Shown: piece by piece, positions 52,045 to 64,000 of the stretch | Layout of the letters: the number at the start of each line of letters is the position of its first letter | How positions within the stretch are numbered: position 1 is the stretch's first letter | DNA from: Raillietiella orientalis | Taxonomy: Eukaryota | Assembly (NCBI GenBank): GCA_036172245.1 | Contig: JAYWIR010000010.1 | Coordinates: 1 to 64,000 of the forward strand | DNA: 64,000 bases | Direction of reading: 5' to 3' | The notes under the pieces: generated by a model | Told to the model about the DNA's origin: nothing | The model's input: the letters and a program-made list of their open reading frames with translations, nothing else | Databases searched by the model: none | Program-made: the position numbers and the translations under genes

Positions 52045-52927
52045 TGAATGCACAACATATTCTCAAATCTTACTGTTGATGTTTCAACTTAATTAGACAT
52101 TTGGTTCACAATTCTGAGTACTGTTAACTCTCCACATTTTAATAACATGTGGACTTTGAATACACTTTACAGTATTAGTTTCTGCACTACATTGTTAGCT
52201 TCAAAGAACTGGAGGAAAGATAATCAGTCACCAAGAAAGTACAAAGATGTTGCCAGAATATTCAAGTTTATAGAAAAAGAAAAAATTCGTTATTTCTGCC
52301 AATGTCATTTCAGTCAAGTAACAAAGCATTTAATTAGATCCACATTTTTTTGGTGCTTTGGTGCTGTGCAAAATTTAACCTGATAGTCCTTTGTCTAATT
52401 CATTGTGCAATATGATCAAATTGCAGATGAACACCATACATAACGAAAATAAAAGTAGAGAACATGATGCTTACGGTGAAGGTTCTTATTTCTCAACCAG
52501 AATACACGAAGGTATCAAAGTATCTACAGAATATGGATGTCAAATACTTTGCAACTCAGAAGTTTATAACTGTATATAATAAGTAAAATTAAATATGAAC
52601 AGGAAAGTAAACCTGAAAAACAATTCATGCCTGATCAGATCTTGAACTAAAAAGGAACTTTGAAGATTTCCAGTATTTCTACTATAAAATTTCTTTTGAT
52701 GAAACTTCCGTAATATATTAAGTATTAATAAGATTAAGTGAATCACCATGAGTCTGTCTAATGACTGCTCTTGCATATTCTTCAGTCACATATCCATGAT
52801 CAAAGTCCGTCATATGTTGCAGATGACATTGTTTTTTATGTATTTCAAGTGCTGTAAAAGAAAAAAGCGCACTACACAAATTGCACCTAATCCATGAATC
52901 TTTTTTTAATCTATTTTTGCAACTCAT
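48284..52927 (-). CDS. SPATA5: AFG2/SPATA5 (Drg1-type) double-AAA+ ATPase, multi-exon
   Basis: D1 has GLLLFGPSGCGKT. D2 has GVLMYGPPGCSKT (the CSKT variant typical of AFG2/SPATA5), GPELFSKWVGESE, IIFFDEID and LLRPGRLD. The last exon reads ITALCNEAG...YEAFRH*. Exon 1 (MSCKNRLKKDSWIRCNLC...) joins the exon at ~51278 in phase 1. Confidence 0.92.
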
Positions 52928-55900
52928 CTCAACTGCGTTCTGAAAATATATTATAAAGTAATCAGTAAAAGATCTAGGATTACACAGTAAATACATTTAA
53001 TCATTAAAACTAAGGAAAATACAATCAATTTAATCAAAATTACATTCCAGCATGAAGTATTTTATTCACAATCATCATGTATTCCTTTAAATAAAGCATC
53101 ATCAATGTTGCAACACATTTCCCAACAGAAAACAATCTGTATACTAAGGGAGTATGTTCCTTTTTGCCTCAAGTGGAAATTTTTCAGAAAATTAAACAAA
53201 AATGATTTAAAATTTGAATTAATATTAAGCATCTATATTTACAATGCCATATTACCTTCTAATTAGTTTACTAATCCGTACCATATACACCTGATAGTTT
53301 CTTCACTATTGTTAGTTCAGTATGCTATGAGATAAGAGTTCTTTCCAATATCTCTGGGGGTATTCATAATGTCTACTACTTACTTTTATACTTGATTCCA
53401 CTAAGCTAGCAAACTTGTTTACATGATTTTATCAAAATGACAAAAAAAAATATTGAGTCTTCTTGAAAAGTCATTGAATAATTACAAATCATATTTAATT
53501 CTCAATTTACTTGTTGTAACTGTTTAGTTATACGTGAGTCGTAATATCAATTCCATTCATGATCGGTCATACACAATTTAATGAAGCAAGTATGAAAACA
53601 TGAACCCAAATGTGAGACCAGCAATGTAAAAAACTTTTAGAATTTTCATTTCAAAATTGAAATATAAGTCTAAATATTAAATATAAAATGACATTAACAC
53701 ATGTGCCTATTTCTATACCAGCTTGAATATCCCATAAAACAACCTAATGATGGAAATTTCAATTCCTGAGAGATTATATCATTTACTTTTCATTCAGTGT
53801 GCATTAGACAAAATTAATAAAAGTATTTTTTAAAACTTACATGCTCAAAAATAATTGGTTATGCTCTAAGAAGTTGCTTTCAATTCTGTGCTCACACATA
53901 GTCCCATGAATACAATGCTTCATACTGTTTTTGTAACTATTATTGCAACTTGCATATTTCCGCATAATTTCAATACCCACGTTGTTTGTGATAAATTCGG
54001 TAACAAGAGAAATTCCACATTAACATGTTTTCGGATTTACTTTTACTTTTTAGGTTTTGATGTATGCCATATTTTTAATCCAAGCATATGATCTTCATTC
54101 TGAAAAAGTGCAGTTTTCCACTCAACTTGCTTCGTGATATCAACGCTATATTCTTCCGAATATTCTTCAGTATTCAATAATTGAAATTCGGATTTTAAAT
54201 CCTAGTATTTTGCAACTCTAGTTTACATCCATATTACATCATCATCCTACTTTACATATAAACACAAATATACATAATCCTTTTTTATTAGTTTTAAAGC
54301 TGAAGAAAGCTGTTACAATCTAGAAGTTATTCTACATATCTTTCATACCCAAAGTTAGATTATCTGGTCTTCTTTGAGTGCAAATTCTGATAGGCTGATA
54401 AATAATCCTGCTGGAATCATAACAATTATGATACCAGCATTGTAATCAATACAAGTTACAATCTATTTTCGTGTTTTCTCAAGTGATGAAAACAGTCATT
54501 TTACCTTTATTTCAAAGCAAATAAATGAAGCATCTAAACCATATACATGCACATAAACACAATACAAATAAAAAATAGCAATTCCAGTAAAGCTGAAGCA
54601 ATAGCATTGGCTTATCAACTGCTGTTACAGGATTTTATAAACCTATGATTATCTTCAACAAATCTTCCAACTCAAATTACTCTAAAAGGAAATAACAAAC
54701 CAAAAAAATGTTATTAATAGCGCGCAATCATAATCTTGTATGCAATAGGATAAAATTATAATTTGTGCTTAAATCATCTTTTATAAATTTCATTGTGGAA
54801 TTCACACTTTCAACATTAAATACCGAAGTAATAAAGGCCTAGTTTTAGAAAAATGACTCAAATGCTTTCTCACTCATTGAAGAAGGATACTGAACATTAT
54901 ATTTAATCTTAATGTCAATATATACAATTAAAAGAAAGAAAAAAAAAGAATCCCAATTGCTGCTTTGATGTCTGACTTTTCATATCACATGCATATTCAA
55001 AACAATCAATTTTGCATCCACTTCTTCCAGAGCATGCACACAGCATGAATGTATTATATTTCATCCAATATATTACTTACATTAGTTTAGTAATTAAAAA
55101 GAATTCAGCACCAACAATAAAATCAAAGTACAAGCACAAGAGTAGCATTGAATTTTAGGAGGATATTACACATGCATGCAACATATACAACTTTTATGGC
55201 CTTCAATTTGAGCATCACTTTCCCAATGCATTTACCTAACATTCTACCCTAAAATCACAACCACCTCACATACAAAAATCACATCAGTGTCTGCACACAA
55301 GAGCATGATAATTGTACAAACTGTAACTCAAATGATGTACTGTGTCATTAAATAAATACTATAATCTTCATTAATTTTCTTTTGGATTTTAAAATTTCCT
55401 TTCCCTATCATAAAAATTATTATTGTAGTAAAATTTCATGTTCAAAACTTCCTTTGCAGTAAAAGTAAAAAATCAACAAGTTTTCAGAAACATTTAACCA
55501 AAAACAATTAATTAAAAATGCTGTAAAGTATTTTTAACAATTCGAAATAAATCTGATGTGAATAAAATATCAAATTTCGAGAATGTCATTAGAATAAACA
55601 ATGGAGTAAGTTCAGTCTGAGCACACAAGCATCTCAAGAGACATTACTGAATATTAAACCCAAGAAATTATTTGCACAAGTTTTTTACAAACACATTGAA
55701 CTTCATATAATTCTTTCAGTCATTTTTTAATACGTTGTAAATCTTTACAGTGCTTTAGAAAAAAAAAGAAATTGCTTAATAGTGAAAATGGCATCCAGGT
55801 TTTAAGCAGCATCCAGTATATTTACAACAGTTTTCAATGCGTAAAACAAGTTATTTATATAATGGAGTCATAAATTAATTCAGAAATTAATCCATCAATA

Positions 55901-56133
55901 AATGGCAAGAAGGCATAAAGTAATCTGATTTTTCAAGGTACAATGGAAACACTACAATATCATTTGAATAAGAACAGCACTTTTGACTGAAAAACCATAA
56001 AAGTAAGAAAGAGTTGTGCTCTTCTATAATAATAAAATCCAACAACTAGTAAAGCTTGTTACCACAGGCACCACTGCCTAAAAGATAAAAAACAACATAT
56101 TTTATCAAAAACTTAGATTTAATAAAATATTAT

Positions 56134-59100
56134 TTATTTATTCAAAGAAGCACAACTGCTCATATCATACATGACCCAAAATGTCAAATTGATACGCTCT
56201 GCTTTTCCCACTGTAGGATCTTTAGGCACCTGGAAAATAAAAAATCAACAAAAATTCGAAAGAGCTTTAAAAACCTCATGCATCCAGTCTTCCTGAACTG
56301 CACCTTCCATTACTAATAAGCTTCCAGGGAATAAAGGAAATCGAATAAAAAGGGAACTACTTTCCTTACGAGCCAACTCAAAAACTCGTATAGCCCCTGA
56401 AACCAGAAATTTCTGAATCATCTAGTGTTATTGTTATTACCTAATGATACAGATGCAACAGGTGGACATCGCCCTAAGCCTTTATTGTCATCACAGTGCC
56501 AAGAGCAATAATCATGTCCACTTCGATATAAATTCAGGAAACAACAATTAAATTCGTGCCCTGTAAATTGATTCAACCTAAAAGATTTCTGCTTCAACAT
56601 GTATGAGAGATTTAATGCACCTGTGCAACAAATCAATAAGCTCTGGAGACCACTTGTCATTTTTTGGTAGCAGCATCCCACGATGCGAGTAATCACATGG
56701 TCCATACCAAGAAACAAGTCTACTTAAAGTATACCAAACACGGTTAAACACAATGCGTTTTTGTTGCCATTTGACACTTTGGCGAAGACATTTGAACATA
56801 CACTGAAGGAATAATACATGCATATTTGGAAATTATGACATCTCTGCTTACTGAATTTCCTTTGTCAGTAAGAAAACGAGGCCAGTAGCGCAACACAGCT
56901 CTTCCATTATGTGTTTCACTGATTACCAACTCTCCACCTTCTCGCACAAACCACTCAGGAACATTGATGCAAGGATTGACTGCTGGATCAGGTACTAAAG
57001 GAAGCTAAAGATGCATTACAATAGGAAACTTTTGAATATATCTTTTACTTCAGCTGGAACAACTGCCTCTGGGGAGCCAAGAGGACTGGCCAGTCCACTA
57101 TTAAGTCCATTAGGTGAATCCTTATGAGAAATAATATATTTTGATTTCCGACCCTCTAAATATTCTGAAGATGAAGAATGTCTACGCTTACGATGCCTAC
57201 GGGGCGGCTCTGTATCTCTTTCTTCACCTTCCTCTAAAGAATCATCTTCACGATGATGTCGATGAGATTCTATCCTGAGGGACATATTTTGCTCTTGGGA
57301 TATATATTTTTATGAAATGCGCTTACCTATCTTCTTTCTTTTTTCTAATTTCTTTATCTTTTTTTCTTTTTTTCTCTTTGCTTTTTTCTAAACTTTTTTT
57401 TCTTTTATCCTCACGATCTTTGTCTTTTTCTCTTTCCTTTTCTTTTTCTTTCACTTTTTCAACGAAATCCGCTTGAACACCAACATTTTTACGCCAATTG
57501 CGCTCCAACTTATCAGAAGGAGTCTGGAATTCAAGGTGCTCAAACTCTTCCAGAGCTTTACGATATTGATTTATATTTCCAAATTCTTCCAAGAAATCCA
57601 CACGGCGTCGAGCAAAAAACAATTTGTCAGCAGGCCGCAGTTCCTTGTTGACTAGAGCTAATTCAGTGGCAGCACAAAATCCTTGTATATCAACCGGATA
57701 ACGCTGATAGCAAACATCCAATACTTGCTGATAGAGTCTAGCATTGCTACGGTCTTTTTTCAATGCTTGCCGAAGAATGGAGAGAGCTTTTTCTGGCTTT
57801 CCTAACACCTGGAAGCAATACCAAGTGGTATGAAAACCAATATAGGAAATACCTTAAAAGCAAAACGGGCATACTTGATAGCAAACCAGGAGCGCAAGGA
57901 CTTAGAATTGGCTCCTTCAAAGTAATTTCGATACAATTCTGCTACTGCATCGTAGTTATTATTTCTACGTTCTAAATCAATACGCTGCATCCGCGGAAGT
58001 AGAAGTTCTGGAAACTGCTGCTCAACTTCAGTTATCAGTTCTCTTGCTCTGTCCAAATGATTCTGTTCTTCTTCAAATGCAGCCCACTGCAATCGAATGC
58101 ATGGTCGACGGGGGCAATGCACAATACATGCTCTTCTGTATACTTCTCTTACAGCTTCAAATGGATTCTTCTGAATTAAAGAGAAACCTGGACGAAGTCC
58201 ATCATTTTCCATTTGGACTGCCACACGGCACTCTAGCTCATGAAGTTTACACTTAGGAATGAAAACTTTTTTCTCATCTCCGTCCAGACCAATTTGTTCT
58301 TCTTCTTCATCGGGTACAGACATGTATTCACGAATACTTGCTGCAATACTTCCTTCAATGGGTTTTTCTTCCATCTCAGGCAAACTAAGCAAATCTCTTG
58401 CTTTCTGAAATAGCTGGATTTTTTCCTCATCGCTTATTTCATCAAGAGTAGTTGCAACATTTTGATCTGATTGGCATATCTCTCCTAGGGCATAAAGTTC
58501 CATATAACGAGCATAAAAGCACCAAAGTTCTTCATAAGCAGCACAGGCAATCAAGCATCGTTCAAATAATGTAACCACACGTTGATGGTTGCCTTCACTA
58601 ATCTCGAACTCTAAATATTCTCGCCAATTGCGCAACTGTTTCTGATCCAATGGCTTCATGTGGAAATATGGTCTCTTAATCTACAGGAATTGTTTTATGA
58701 TTTTATCATCATATATTTACATAAATACCCTCTCTTCAAACTTCCAGCGCAACTCCACATCTCTTTCAGTGCGTTCATGAATGCGAAGAACACCTACTAT
58801 CACTTTTTCCTTCATAATACTGGTCAGTCTTCGATCAGATTTGGTACCCATAAGGATATCTGATGAGGACAAATTCAAATCTTGAAGTGTTTCTGAACAC
58901 AGCATATTGTATTCTTCCTCACTCAAAATGTCTTTAAGTTCATTATTATGCAAATGTTGCAAAAAACTGTAAATGCATTAGCTTATAATTAACCATTAGT
59001 TGCTTACTTATCCCAATGCTTGTTGCACAGTTTGGTGGGTGTGCTCAGCACCTTGCGGTATACTGATGTTATGTTGACCAAATTGTTATTCTGAACTTCC

Positions 59101-60836
59101 CATTCTAAATAAGCTTCCCATAAGGGATCAGAACGAAATTCTAATCCAGCTGTAGCAATAGCCCTTTCACATTGTCTTGTAAAGAAAACATGAACAAATT
59201 ACGATATTGTTGCAAAAAGGATTACTTGCGCATTAGTTGCTCCGCATTCTCAGTATCACGATGCATCTCCCAAAATAAATTCAAATATGCCAGCCACAGA
59301 TCAATTGAAAGTGGGATTGCTTCTAAGCCACGCTCCAAAATCTGTAAAGATCGTTCAGTATGGCCAAATTTTTTTTCCAATTCACTATAGCGTTTCCAAT
59401 AGGCATAGCAATAAGGATATAAAGGCAAAAATGCGTTGAATACACCTCGACATGCCTCTACATTTTCCTGTAATATATTTCAAAACAAATATGAACAAAG
59501 CATATTTGAACAAACCAATGTTTCCACATGGTTCAGAAGCAACGTCCAACCACCAAAATTATATGGATTTTCTTTTACAAAATTCCAGTATTGATCTAAA
59601 ATAATTCTCTGCTGTCCCTGATATTCAGGATGATCAGGAGGATAAGGATTTTGTAACAGTGATGGGCCAGCCTCAAGAAGCTGGTCATCAAAGGGATCCA
59701 CAGATTCCTGAATTGCTTCTTCCCGCACCATTTGTGGAACAGGATACCGATATGGTGCTGGTTGATCTTCTCTTCCAGGAAACATAATCTGAGGAGGAGG
59801 CATCCTTAAAAAAGCTGGTGTTATATCGTTTGGATCACAAAATGGCGGTGGTGCTGGTGGTCGATAATATGCAGTGAAAGCTGGCATGTTGACACCATAT
59901 GGATAGGTAACTGCATTAGGGGCTTCTTTAGAGATATTCTCTTGTATTTTTGACATTTTATGAAGTTCTTTTAATTCAGGTGATTTCTCCTTGGACTTTT
60001 TACTCTTCTTTTTCTTCCTTTTTTTCCCATCTTCAAGCTCATCATCTTTACATTTTGTTCTATCTTTTTCTTTTTTTGCTTTAGTTTTTGAATGAACTGG
60101 CTCACCTAATCAATGTAAGTTTAAGCATCAATATTTTGTCACTAATAGCATCTGCATACCCGATCCTTCATAAAATGAAGCGATGCTACTATATGTTGTG
60201 TTGGTAGTAGTATATCTCATGTTTTCTGATTCATTACCCACATAATTATGATTAGGTGAAGTTTCATTTTGGTCCAATTGATTAGAATGCAAACTTGGGG
60301 GCTTGACAGGAACAGATAAAATTGGAGGAGGATACGTCCCTGATCCTGAAGTGGATCCCAAAAAATTTGGTGGTGGTGTATTGATAAGCATTGGAAGGGG
60401 TGGGCCAGACTGCATTGTTGGAGGAGGAATATTTGGTAAATTTGGTGGGGGTCCATTCTGCAGAGCTACTGGAATTGATTTCATCTGAGAGGGAATTATT
60501 GGTGGCAAACTTTGGTAACCAGAAGAATACGCTGTTCCTCTCACTGGAGCACCATAAGGACCTCTTGGGCCAAGGTTTGGAAATTGTTGTCCCATGTATG
60601 GTGCTTGACTTGAAAACTGCATTGGACTAGGAGCAAATTGATCTCGTGAACCAAAAGGGTTGGGATGAGCAGACGGGAAGTTTTGATTAGGATATGGGTT
60701 GGCTGGATTGTAGTTCTGTGGGGGTCTAAGTGGAAACTGTCCCAAGTTTGGAGTCCCCTAAGAAAGACAAGGCAATACACAATTCACTAACATTTCAGAT
60801 TCCTACCCCATAGCCATATGTAGGGGCAACAGACAT
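56134..60836 (-). CDS. PRPF39: PRP39 (U1 snRNP HAT-repeat protein) fused to a C-terminal AlkB/ALKBH3-like 2OG-Fe(II) dioxygenase; 14 exons, roughly 1,350 aa
   Basis: PRP39 motifs: YPYCYAYWKRY, AIPLSIDLW, AGLEFRSDPLW, FEERIKRPYFHMKPLD..QLRNWREYLEFE, LFERCLIACA and FLEEFG. AlkB motifs: SRLVSWYG, NLYRSGHDYCSWHCDD, VASVSLGAIRVFEL, GSLLVMEGAVQEDWMHEVPK and RINLTF. All 13 introns are GT-AG, short and frame-preserving. An in-frame TAA precedes the ATG at 60836. The 3' end may use an extra exon near 56078. Confidence 0.88.
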
Positions 60837-63800
60837 GATCGGAAATTCTTACTTTGAAGTGAAGAATTGATGATGGTTTTTTGTGAAAAGTGTTGGGCAA
60901 CTAGAAATTAAAAAACATGCAATTTGCAAAAAAAAAAAACTTGACTTTCCAGAAATATCATATATTTTTGGAAGATTGGTTGACAATTCTGGGATTTAAC
61001 GTTAAGCATACTTTAGTTTACATTTATAAGCAAGCACACAAGTTGGTAATCCATATGCAATCTCTAACATTCTAAAATTACTGGTCAAAAATCTACAAAT
61101 AGCTCATTTAAAACAGCTCTTAAATTTAAAATCTTTCTTTATTGAGATGATAATACCTTTCTCAAAAATTTTTTTGCTGAAAAAGATAACTTCCATGCTC
61201 AGCATGAACAAATTTGCAAACATTGTTCAGATGTTATCTAGTATTAACGTATAATCAAGAATATACAATTGTGAAATCTAAAAAATTATCAAAGCTGAAA
61301 ACAGTCTTAATTACTCAACTTCTATCATCAAGTCCCAACAAAATCTTAATGAAAAAAGTAGAAAAACTATATAAAATAAATTTTAACACTTCAATTTACA
61401 ATAATACAACACTACAGAAAACATTAGTAAAATTGCTAGCTTGTATTCAAAAACCAGCTGCAGGTAAACTATCAAACTGGAATTCAAGATAATTTAACTA
61501 AAAATTATTGGACTTTAAAAATGATTTCAGAAACAGAAAGGTTCATATGTGAATCATATTTGTTGTACTTTAAAGTTGTTTTTCTTTGCCCTTCCCATTT
61601 TATATAACCAAGGATTAACTTCTGCAAATCACTAAGTTCAAACTGCCTTAAGAATAAAAATAAAAATCATTTTTTAGAAAATAAGATAATACAGAACTAG
61701 TTAAATTAAATATAACTTCTTCATTTCTATTGGCTGTATCAAAAAACAGTTCATTTTATTATACAGACTTCTGCTGACAACATAAACTCAAATTTAAAGC
61801 TTTAATATCTTATATAACTCTTCTGCTTGATACAATTTATTATGCTCATGGCATATGAATTTTCTTCCTTGATCATTAAACTGAAACATCAAAATTCTGA
61901 GTGTAGCTGAAAAATGTACACATGGCTTACAATTTCACTGATTTTAATGCAAAAAAAAACCATCCATATCACAACACGAAATTTAACATGCACACATGAT
62001 AATATATACTAATCCATCAGGACACACAAGATATAAATAATCGTAACAAAAGACCAATTAATATTTCTAATCAATACAACTCCAAAATAAAAGCTCTTAC
62101 AACAAACCTAAGATTTCTAATTTGAAATTAAGACTTTTTTCGGAGATTTTAAAAAACCTTCTACTATTTTCTTTTTTTTGCAAACTGATAAGTTCCAATG
62201 CAGTGGAGAATTTTAAACTTAAGAAACCAACACAAATACATTTGAAGTTCCCCTCCCTCTCTCCCAAAGGTCACATGATTTCACACATACTCACAGATTA
62301 AGAAACACATTTGATCAAAATGCCCAACACATGAAACAATACCAGAGCACACTGGTTTTATTTCAAATATTCATATGAATTCATTCTGGAAAAACAATTT
62401 AATAATCACTCTGAAAACTGCTTTTAAAAAATGTAGAAAACTCAAAATATTTGAAGAACTTTCTAATATACATTCATATTTTGTAGCTTTCAACAACACA
62501 CTGAATTACTAGTAAAGACTGAATATTTGTCCAATGGTATGGTGCAAGCCACTTGTGCATGTATGTACTGCACAAACATGATTGAATCACATACCTTAAA
62601 TGAAGTGATAACCGGAAAAAAATTCACAATAGAAACCCATTTCATTACTTTTAAATAACATTACAAAACAAGTTTCAACATTTCCACAAAAATATACACT
62701 CAAAACCCGGCAAATTCTTACTAGAACACTGTGAAAAAGAAGGATCAAGTGAATTCAATACTAACTACTAATAGCAACAAGTTACTCTTTTTACAACAAG
62801 CATACATGTGATTCAAATTAATGATCAAGAAAAAAGTTTCACTAATAAAGTATTTCTTTGATGTTTTGCACAAAAATTTTATAAAATAATAGGCCAAAAG
62901 TTTTATAAAATTATGTGTTCACCAAGTTTAAAATGATTTCTACATGAGTACTGTTTGCAAAGCAGCCAGTATGATCTGTTATGACTTGTACTTCAAGATT
63001 TCACAAAAACTATTTCAAATTGGCTAATTTTTTTTTCATCCACAAACTAAGTTTAGAAACTTATATGATCAATCAGATATCAAATGCCCTTAAAAACTTA
63101 ACATGTTAAATAAATCAGTATCTTCAAATTACATCCAGTGTGACTTTTCAAATGAACAACACTGAATTCACAACTTTGGAAATACAGTGTACATTGGAAA
63201 TTTGTTGTCCTTTAATTTTTAGCTTTATCCAAATCATGTAAAACAATGAATCAATTGTGATTAAAAAAAAACAGCACAAAATGACTTTAAGTTATCCACG
63301 CTTAGTGAAAATTAAAGTATTAAGCTGATGAAGATGACTGCTTCTTATCCAGAAAAATCAGCATCTTACTTAGAAATTACCCAATTTGTTATTAAATTCA
63401 TAAATTCAAATCGATTATTTCTCCTATTTGAGAAATTCTTTTGTTAATAAAACAAATCTAATTTCTGTAATGGCTCTGTTGAATAGGAAATAAGCATACA
63501 CAACTTAGCAATAAAACTACAAATTAGGAAGAGCCTCTTTTGAAAATTCAAGGATTACATAATAATTTATTGGACAACAAAAAGATATAAAACTTCTGAC
63601 ACAATGCACAAATTAGAGCATACAATAAGAAACCAAAATTTTAATAACTTGCTACTACTTGGAATATCATCAGGAAAACCTTTTGGGGAAATGTTAAAAT
63701 AACAAAGGGATGAATAATATTTGGAAAGCAACACAGCAGAATGCACTATGCATTTCAAGTACACTGGATTACTAAACAATTAACCACATTCTTTAATGAC

Positions 63801-64000
63801 CAGCAATTATGGGTACTATTTACTATACAGACACAATTGCATCAAGCAAAAAGATATGCTACTTCCATCAACACCCCCAAAACACAGATGGATCTTAATA
63901 ACAGAATTCCATACAACATTAAACTGAGTTGTATGTAAATGGCTTAATTAAAATCATAAGATACAAGATTCTGCAAGTTAAAATGATGAGAAAAGAATCA

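Noticed and set aside
60900..64000. Short ORFs in the AT-rich tail (and in 53000-56000)
   Set aside because: No motifs and a composition typical of intronic or intergenic DNA.

Overview
Eukaryotic genomic DNA, probably from an invertebrate animal (standard code, very short 42-54 nt GT-AG introns), in two compositionally distinct halves. (1) 1-~41,640 is mostly GC-rich. It is a graveyard of heavily decayed Ty3/Gypsy and BEL/Pao LTR-retrotransposon fragments. Its first 24.5 kb is a tandem array of a ~10.95 kb unit (2.2 copies visible), and each unit also carries an intron-containing RNase P/MRP Rpp21/Rpr2-family pseudogene. Rearranged direct and inverted copies of unit segments continue to ~36 kb. 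(2) ~41,640-64,000 is AT-rich and holds three intact spliced minus-strand genes: a six-repeat NHL beta-propeller protein, an AFG2/SPATA5 AAA+ ATPase with a degenerate D1 Walker B, and a 14-exon gene that joins the U1 snRNP HAT protein PRP39 in frame to a C-terminal AlkB/ALKBH3-type 2OG-Fe(II) dioxygenase. This fusion is the most interesting feature. All family calls come from manual translation and motif recognition; no database searches were run, so the retroelement boundaries are approximate.
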